Source: a candidate division WWE3 bacterium
GTDB lineage: Bacteria; Patescibacteriota; 4484-211; GCA-002791395
Reading direction: 5' to 3'
Assembly (NCBI GenBank): GCA_013335095.1
Contig: JAAXWF010000002.1
Location: 205,566 to 269,565 of the forward strand
Length of the DNA stretch: 64,000 nucleotides
The position numbers and the translations under genes were made by a program. Of the stretch, positions 57,996-64,000 are shown in pieces. The notes below the pieces were generated by a model. It was not told the origin of the DNA, searched no databases, and was given only the letters and a program-made list of their open reading frames with translations. How positions within the stretch are numbered: position 1 is the first letter of the stretch; the number at the start of each line of letters is the position of its first letter.

Positions 57996-58987
57996 AATAG
58001 GAATTTACCCTCTTCCATGACCATCTTATCGCCGATCCAAATTGACGTATTTGGTGAAACAAGGTCAATATGTCCAGGTGCATCCCACGTGGCTCCGGTT
58101 TGATCAGGAAACGGGTGTCCAAATGCTATATGGAGTCCGGGGTACTTCTCATCTTGTAATAAATTGCCTGTTAGATGGTCCAAACCAATATTTGTACCGA
58201 TTGCAAATTCACCAACCCGATCGTTATTCGCTTCGGCTTTTACATACTTTAAGAATTCGTTAACAAGCTGTTGATCAGGATGGGTTGCACTGACAATACG
58301 GCTATCTTGGATTGTTACATGAATAGGTTTAGCTAAAATACCGTATTGATGGCCAAAGTAATCACCAAGAACTCGAGCTGAGATTAATCCAGAGACGGAT
58401 ACCGGAGTCGTAAATATTTCGCCATCGGGTAAATTGGTCCATGTACCTGGGTTTTCAATCGATCCTGTACATACCACCCACTTATATTTTTTCGGGTCAA
58501 CAATGGCTTTTATATTCGTTCCGTCACTCGAAGTAACTCGAATTGATGTCGCCGTTAATAGCAACTGATGAAGAGCGTTTGTTATTTCGGCAACTCGGTC
58601 ATAATCGGCATTCATTCCTTCTTTCATTAACTGTTCATCGATATTAATCATATGAGCGTGACGACAGTTAAGCTCTTTAATGAGCAGGTCCAATAGTGGA
58701 TGTCGGAAACCGGGGAGTTCTCCTTCTAATCCTTGGGCTGCATAGATTGATACCGTGGGTTTAAATTCGCGTATTTCATTAATCATTGCATCAGGAAGGG
58801 TTAAAGTGGGACGATTGCTAAAATCTTCTATGCGTATTGGCTTTACAGCTCCAATCAAGTTTGCTTCTATTTCTATTTGTGTTGCAATAGTAGCTGAATG
58901 ATCATCAGTAATAATAATCATCCGATCCTGTGATGAAAAATGAGTTAATTTGATGACGTTACGTGCTCCGTTTTGTAATGTTTGCAT
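57992..58987 (-). CDS. M29 family aminopeptidase
   Basis: NLPDGEIFT, GEFAIGTN, QDEK, HIAFG, HID. Confidence 0.9.
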   Translation of the reverse strand: MQTLQNGARNVIKLTHFSSQDRMIIITDDHSATIATQIEIEANLIGAVKPIRIEDFSNRPTLTLPDAMINEIREFKPTVSIYAAQGLEGELPGFRHPLLDLLIKELNCRHAHMINIDEQLMKEGMNADYDRVAEITNALHQLLLTATSIRVTSSDGTNIKAIVDPKKYKWVVCTGSIENPGTWTNLPDGEIFTTPVSVSGLISARVLGDYFGHQYGILAKPIHVTIQDSRIVSATHPDQQLVNEFLKYVKAEANNDRVGEFAIGTNIGLDHLTGNLLQDEKYPGLHIAFGHPFPDQTGATWDAPGHIDLVSPNTSIWIGDKMVMEEGKFLL

Positions 58988-59138
58988 ACACAGACAACAG
59001 TATCAACGAATAAGAAAACCACGCCGACACGTTAATACTGATAATAATACACCATGGGAAAAGAAGTGGGGATAAAAAAACCTCCACCATATTTCAGGTG
59101 GAGGCGATTGACTACACGAACGTTACGTTTTGCAGCCT

Positions 59139-59846
59139 TTATGCAGGCTGGTGATCTACAGACTGTGCAGCCGAAGGGGAAAGAATCCCAAGGACCACCT
59201 GCCGATCTTTGATCATCGGCTCGATGTGATCCCGGTAGAATAACACCACTTGAGGCCCCAGTCCCTCAACAACGGGCGCACCGACAAACGAGTCGATGAT
59301 TTGGTCCCGCTCGACGCGGCTTGCCAACCGGAAATGATTAGGGTCGAGGATCTCGACCGGGCACACCCCGGCAATGCCCTGGTAATCGACCGACCAGAGC
59401 ACCATATGCCCAAGCACCCGCTGCACGACCCCGTGATATCCAAACACCAGGGGGTTGCGGGCGTGCTTATACACGATGACGTCACCGTGCTTCCACTCGA
59501 CGTCAGAGAACCGCATAGATGCCATGGTTACGGCACGGCTGCGCTGATAAAGCTCCTCAGCGCCCCGGGCGAGGTCGATCTTCTGGCGCATCACCATCCG
59601 CGCGTGCCAGCTAGCCGCGAAGCAGCCGACAGAGAACAACGCCATGCCAATAAGATCGAGAGAATCGACCGGGATCCAACCCGGTAGTGGCTCTCGAAGA
59701 AAAACAACGAACACGAAGCTCACCACGAGCCTTACGAGGGCCACGCCCATCGTAAAGTACCCAACAAACCCCCAGACACTGCCGGGACCTTCATCGGACG
59801 AAAGATTGGCATCAGCCATCTCTCCACGGGTAATGGATGTAGACAT
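59139..59846 (-). CDS. 2-TM orphan family paralog 4
   Basis: WKHGDVI...GYHGVV...LW...FRLA; GGAGG SD; terminator 59074-59104. Confidence 0.75.
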   Translation of the reverse strand: MSTSITRGEMADANLSSDEGPGSVWGFVGYFTMGVALVRLVVSFVFVVFLREPLPGWIPVDSLDLIGMALFSVGCFAASWHARMVMRQKIDLARGAEELYQRSRAVTMASMRFSDVEWKHGDVIVYKHARNPLVFGYHGVVQRVLGHMVLWSVDYQGIAGVCPVEILDPNHFRLASRVERDQIIDSFVGAPVVEGLGPQVVLFYRDHIEPMIKDRQVVLGILSPSAAQSVDHQPA

Positions 59847-59998
59847 ACATGTCCTCCAGGATAAAACGGCTAGACCCGATGTCTAGCATTGTAGAACAAC
59901 TTAATTATACCAGACCTATAATAGTTAGAGTTGTATAAAAAATGACCCGCATCTTAATTTGATACGGGTCGATATTACGAGAGTAAGAACAAGGCAGA

Positions 59999-60661
59999 CT
60001 AGGCCTGTGTGAGACTGCATGCACCATCGCTTGGAGTAATTGCTCCAAGCATATAAAAAATCGTTTCATCCATAAATAGCTGATCCAGCGCGTAGCGGGG
60101 CGACTCGGTGCCATAGAGCGTATCAAGCGGCCGATTCACCATCCAGCCTAATATCTGGACTCGCTCGGCTGGAGTTGCTAAACGATAGTCAAAAAAGTGC
60201 CGATCATTCACATCAGTCCAGCTGATGCAACCATTTAGTGCCGGACCCCACAAGAGCAAGATGCCAAAGCGTAGTTCAACGATCCCGTAGTTACCTGGAA
60301 TCCATTGTTCAAAAGGTTCCTTCAACAAGATCACATCACCGTTGGCCCATTCCGGATCGAGTGAAAGATCGTCACCGGGTGTTGTAGTACGTGTTTTATT
60401 ATCACGCATCTCAACCCTGAGGATCACGGTAATCAGTAGGCTAACAAGGCTAACACCAATAGCCATTGCTACTTGTTCCGAACGACGATACTGGAGATCG
60501 ATAATCCACAGTTGGTCAGGCCAATAGATGAGGATTGTTTGACCGATGGTTTTAGCGAAAACCATAACTCCGGCGACAATCATCATGCCGACACTAATGG
60601 CTGATGAAGTCACGACCAGAAAGGTAGAAAAAATCTTCCACAACCGTTGCCCCGAAGACAT
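59999..60661 (-). CDS. 2-TM orphan family paralog 3
   Basis: WANGDVI...GNYGIV...LLW.P...YRLA; AGGAGG SD, start re-called at 60661; terminator 59937-59970. Confidence 0.75.
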   Translation of the reverse strand: MSSGQRLWKIFSTFLVVTSSAISVGMMIVAGVMVFAKTIGQTILIYWPDQLWIIDLQYRRSEQVAMAIGVSLVSLLITVILRVEMRDNKTRTTTPGDDLSLDPEWANGDVILLKEPFEQWIPGNYGIVELRFGILLLWGPALNGCISWTDVNDRHFFDYRLATPAERVQILGWMVNRPLDTLYGTESPRYALDQLFMDETIFYMLGAITPSDGACSLTQA

Positions 60662-60810
60662 AGTCTTCCTCCTTGAATACATCGCCACTTGCTCACGCCA
60701 CAAAGAGACGCGCCCAGTATATCAAATGTAATAATTTTTATGAGTAAATAGTAAAAACCCGCCACACAGATGTGCAGCGGGTCCAAGTTAGGCGAACAAT
60801 GGTCTTGAAC

Positions 60811-61497
60811 TTACTCGGCCTGTGCAGCCGGCCCCCACAGAGTGGGGTCTTCCTGAGTAGGATACTCCTCGGCTTCACGCTCGCGGAGATACTCGACGTG
60901 CTCGGTCAGCGCCTGGGCGAGGATGGTACGAACAAACAGAGCATCCAGCTCGGATACCCCATCAGCGTTGAATCGCACATCGGGCGCCTTATCGGCCAGC
61001 CAGGTGATGATCTGGTCGTACTCAGCCGGAGTCACCCGACGAAAGGCTTGGGGATTAAGGCTGGGGCAAACCCAGCTGATCTTCCCATCAAGGGTCGGCT
61101 GCCACAGGAGCAGCTTCCCCCATCGGATTTCGGCCATCCCGTAGGCATTAATTGCATACGGGTCCCGAATACCGTCAGCGATGATGATATCACCATCTGA
61201 CCAGCACTCGTCAGCTCGGGGCCGCATGTGAGCCGGATCCTCGCTGATCTGGTCGAGCACCGCGGCGATGTTCCCGCTGATGAGGTGGTGGCTTTTATAG
61301 AACGCTGCCGTTCCTGCCATCGAGAAGATCGCAACGAACAGGGCGTCCCAACCGTCACGCCCAATCAGGTGTCGGCCATGCCCCAGTATGCTAATCAAGA
61401 TCAGCACACCGATGTAGCACAGAGATCCGACAGCCATCAGGCGATGGGCCTCGGTTGACCGATTGTCGAGCTCCTCCTCCGTGAACTTAGAAGACAT
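60811..61497 (-). CDS. 2-TM orphan family paralog 2
   Basis: WSDGDII...AYGMA...LLW.P...FRRV; AGGAGG SD, start re-called at 61497; terminator 60753-60782. Confidence 0.75.
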   Translation of the reverse strand: MSSKFTEEELDNRSTEAHRLMAVGSLCYIGVLILISILGHGRHLIGRDGWDALFVAIFSMAGTAAFYKSHHLISGNIAAVLDQISEDPAHMRPRADECWSDGDIIIADGIRDPYAINAYGMAEIRWGKLLLWQPTLDGKISWVCPSLNPQAFRRVTPAEYDQIITWLADKAPDVRFNADGVSELDALFVRTILAQALTEHVEYLREREAEEYPTQEDPTLWGPAAQAE

Positions 61498-61630
61498 TGT
61501 CTTCCTCCTGGCCATACGGCCTCTTCCATTTCGCCACAAAAGCATATTTATTATATCAGACCCATAATATAAAAAGAAGCCCTACTGCATGTGATCTACA
61601 GTAGGGCAAAAAATAAGGCAAAGGCCTTGG

Positions 61631-62338
61631 TTAGTTTGTAGTTATAGTACGACCTTTTAGCAGCTCCCTGAACCAGTCTTCGAGTTTTTCCGGAGCATGA
61701 TAGCGCTCGAGTTCCTCGTTAAGTTGAGGCGCAATATGGGCATGGAAAAACGCTAGATCATCGGGATGAACCTTGGCACCTCCCAACGGGGTTAAAAGTT
61801 TGGTGTTAAACATCCACCCCAAGATCTTGCGGATCTCCCGATCATCGGCCAACCGAAACATCGACGGATCGGCTGAATCAAGAATTGTATAGGTTAGGTG
61901 TCCACCCACCGTTGGTGCCCATAAGCACAATACACCCCGACGGATCATGACCATGCCGTAAAGTCCCGGGACAAAGGCATTGTTGACCCCGTGCCGCACA
62001 AGCACGTCGCCATCGCTCCAGATACTATCGGGCGCACGAGGACCTCGATCAGGCATCGGTGCATCCACAAAGCGTATAGGCTTGAAAGTAGTCGCCGCAT
62101 ACAAATTGACCAAGGCCCAAAGGGCAAAGATCGCCGAATATGCAAGCAAGGTCAACACAATCCCTTCCCAATCCGAGATGTGTGTAGGGGACCAATTCGG
62201 AACCATCCGCGATATCGTCATGATGACGATTAATGCAATTGAAGCACAGACGAGCAAACCACTGCCTGCTAGGGCAATAAAGCCCATCCAGCGCAAGCGA
62301 TGCAGGTCTTCCTGCGAAAGGCTAGGTTCTGAAGACAT
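61631..62338 (-). CDS. 2-TM orphan family paralog 1
   Basis: WSDGDVL...GLYGMV...CLW.P...FRLA; GGAGG SD, start re-called at 62338; hairpin 61579-61607. Confidence 0.75.
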   Translation of the reverse strand: MSSEPSLSQEDLHRLRWMGFIALAGSGLLVCASIALIVIMTISRMVPNWSPTHISDWEGIVLTLLAYSAIFALWALVNLYAATTFKPIRFVDAPMPDRGPRAPDSIWSDGDVLVRHGVNNAFVPGLYGMVMIRRGVLCLWAPTVGGHLTYTILDSADPSMFRLADDREIRKILGWMFNTKLLTPLGGAKVHPDDLAFFHAHIAPQLNEELERYHAPEKLEDWFRELLKGRTITTN

Positions 62339-62455
62339 AATCTCCTCCACATGTCCGTTAAAGGACCCTCCGACACCGTTAAAAGCAAAAATATTATATC
62401 AAACCCATAGATGGAAATATCTGGATGTATTTTAGTACACCCAGATTGTTTATAG

Positions 62456-63253
62456 CTACACAAGGCCCAATGCGGCATACCATGCGTCCGAGTCTTCGAA
62501 ACGCCCTGCCGGAATATAGGAGGGAACTAACGCGTGGCCCATGCTTAGGAGTGGTATATAGCGCTTGGTCCAATCGTCGCTATAATTAACCCGCTCCATC
62601 ACCAGAATCAACTTTGTCGACCCTGGTACAATTCGGCCGACCTCACGTAAGGCTGACCGACGTCCGAATTCCAGAACAGCAACAGAATTTGGAAAACATT
62701 CCATTGCCGCGACGAATTGAACTAATTCATTCACATTCACATCGAGCACCGGCACCACCAAGACCCCTTCAGCAGCCTGAAGGTGATCCAAAAGTAGTGC
62801 ATACCGTGCCCAGCAGATACGCGATGAAATCAAGGCGACGCAGATGTGGCAGAATGATGGGCCGATCTCTGCGATCGCCGTATTCACATCGGTATAGCAG
62901 CCCAGGCTCGGGCCTAACTCTTGTAGGGAGATCCATTCCAGACCACCACAACAAGGAAGTCGATCATACCGGACATGTACATCGTCTGAGTCGAGTACGG
63001 CTAAGATAGGACTCGAAAGCACCACTGAGCCCAATCGGTCCAACAGATCATCACAAGGATCAAGAAGAACAACGACCGACGTGTCCGGATACATCGTCAA
63101 AAATGTCATGAGATGATGTATATCCACGTGTGCTGGCAGACAGATAAGACGATGTCCAGATACTTTTTGCCAGATCGACAAAAAGCAATACCACCGACGA
63201 ATCCTTGGAATTGTCGGTAGGACTACGACCACAGTCCGAGACGCTTGGCTCAA
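62456..63253 (-). CDS. Orphan hypothetical protein (SD-led unit)
   Basis: AAGGAGG 6 nt before TTG 63253; the longer ORF call would overlap tig. Confidence 0.6.
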   Translation of the reverse strand: MSQASRTVVVVLPTIPRIRRWYCFLSIWQKVSGHRLICLPAHVDIHHLMTFLTMYPDTSVVVLLDPCDDLLDRLGSVVLSSPILAVLDSDDVHVRYDRLPCCGGLEWISLQELGPSLGCYTDVNTAIAEIGPSFCHICVALISSRICWARYALLLDHLQAAEGVLVVPVLDVNVNELVQFVAAMECFPNSVAVLEFGRRSALREVGRIVPGSTKLILVMERVNYSDDWTKRYIPLLSMGHALVPSYIPAGRFEDSDAWYAALGLV

Positions 63254-63359
63254 TGAAAGCCTCCTTACGATTAATCCGCCACAAAAACTGGCACTATCAT
63301 TATAGATTATCCCTGCAGAAGCGGTTGGTAACTCTGTACAACCTGTATATAATGATCGA

Positions 63360-64000
63360 ATGCAAATTAAAGTTGATACCCAAAAGAACGGTACGGTTGT
63401 CATTTCGGCTACCGCATCAGTCGATGAAGCAATAGCAGCTCGAGACCAAGTCGTCGCAAAATATGCTCCACAGATGAAAATCCAAGGATTTCGTCCCGGA
63501 AAAGCACCTAAAGCGTTAATCGAAAAGAGTGTTAAAACAGATAAACTCGCCGAAGAAACACTTTCAATCCTCGCCACCCAAGGTTACAACCAGGCAATTA
63601 TCGAAAATAAATTAAACCCGATTACGCAACCAAGCGTGAGTATTCCCGCCGCAAAAGATGCACAAACCACCGAAGATTCGCTCAAAGTAATTTGGCCAAA
63701 AGCGATCGAAGAGGGGATCGAGATTGAAATTCTTACGTTCATTAACCCCGAAATCTCATTAGAAGGATGGGAAAAGGCCGTAACATCAGCTAAATCTGAA
63801 CCCGCAATCGAAGTAGCAAAAGACATTAAAGAAGCCAAAGAAAAAGGCAAAAAAAATAAAAAAGATTCGGAGAACGTCGAAGAACCCGCACCCGAGTTAA
63901 CCCCAGAGCAGAAAGATCAATATCTCGAAGACAATATTCTCAATGCACTAGTAACCGAAGTTAAATTTGAGCTGCCTGATGCACTGGTACGAGGAGAAAC
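63360..64000 (+). CDS. tig: Trigger factor (runs off the window end; absent from the ORF track)
   Basis: MQIKVDTQKNG...KIQGFRPGKAP ribosome-binding signature; TATAAT 6 nt before ATG. Confidence 0.92.
   Translation, partial: MQIKVDTQKNGTVVISATASVDEAIAARDQVVAKYAPQMKIQGFRPGKAPKALIEKSVKTDKLAEETLSILATQGYNQAIIENKLNPITQPSVSIPAAKDAQTTEDSLKVIWPKAIEEGIEIEILTFINPEISLEGWEKAVTSAKSEPAIEVAKDIKEAKEKGKKNKKDSENVEEPAPELTPEQKDQYLEDNILNALVTEVKFELPDALVRGE

Noticed and set aside
59213-62435. Numerous overlapping alternative-frame ORFs in the paralog array and similar short ORFs across the window
   Set aside because: Expected shadows in GC-richer coding DNA; the chosen frames are supported by shared motifs, SD sites and terminators
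9540-63310. Integron cassette array as the explanation for the self-contained orphan units
   Set aside because: No integrase in the window; the flanking hairpins look like terminators rather than RYYYAAC..GTTRRRY attC sites; the units carry their own promoters and are dispersed
63254-63850. Extension of ORF 62456-63577 and ORF 63584-63850 on the minus strand
   Set aside because: Largely antisense shadow of trigger factor and its promoter; an SD supports TTG 63253 as the start

Overview
This is bacterial chromosomal DNA in standard code 11. It looks like a Patescibacteria/CPR genome, probably Microgenomates-like; that is an inference from the mostly leaderless genes, many class-III-signal (pilin-like) and Pro/Thr-linker surface proteins, a trigger factor lacking its PPIase domain and a short Rel. 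Recognisable genes are xseA/xseB, thpR, yaaA, umuD/umuC, htpX, rel, tig (cut by the window edge), an AcrB-family RND permease, M16 and M29 peptidases, an SDR, tRNA-Phe(GAA) and tRNA-Leu(UAG). Seven things stand out. (1) A dispersed cellulosome-like set: four dockerin proteins with matching Ca-loop signatures and a shared N-terminal motif, including two GH-A glycosidases and a two-cohesin-like scaffold candidate. (2) A ~455-nt ORF-free, multi-branch structured element at 27.48-27.94 kb bracketed by convergent promoters. (3) About 16 GC-richer orphan gene units with their own promoter, leader, strong Shine-Dalgarno and usually a terminator, scattered among leaderless core genes. (4) Among those, a tandem array of four divergent paralogs. 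(5) A UmuD lacking both catalytic residues. (6) An AT-rich MazG-like plus DUF2075 nuclease-helicase pair. (7) A 65-nt candidate sRNA. All calls come from reading motifs by eye; no database searches or computations were run.
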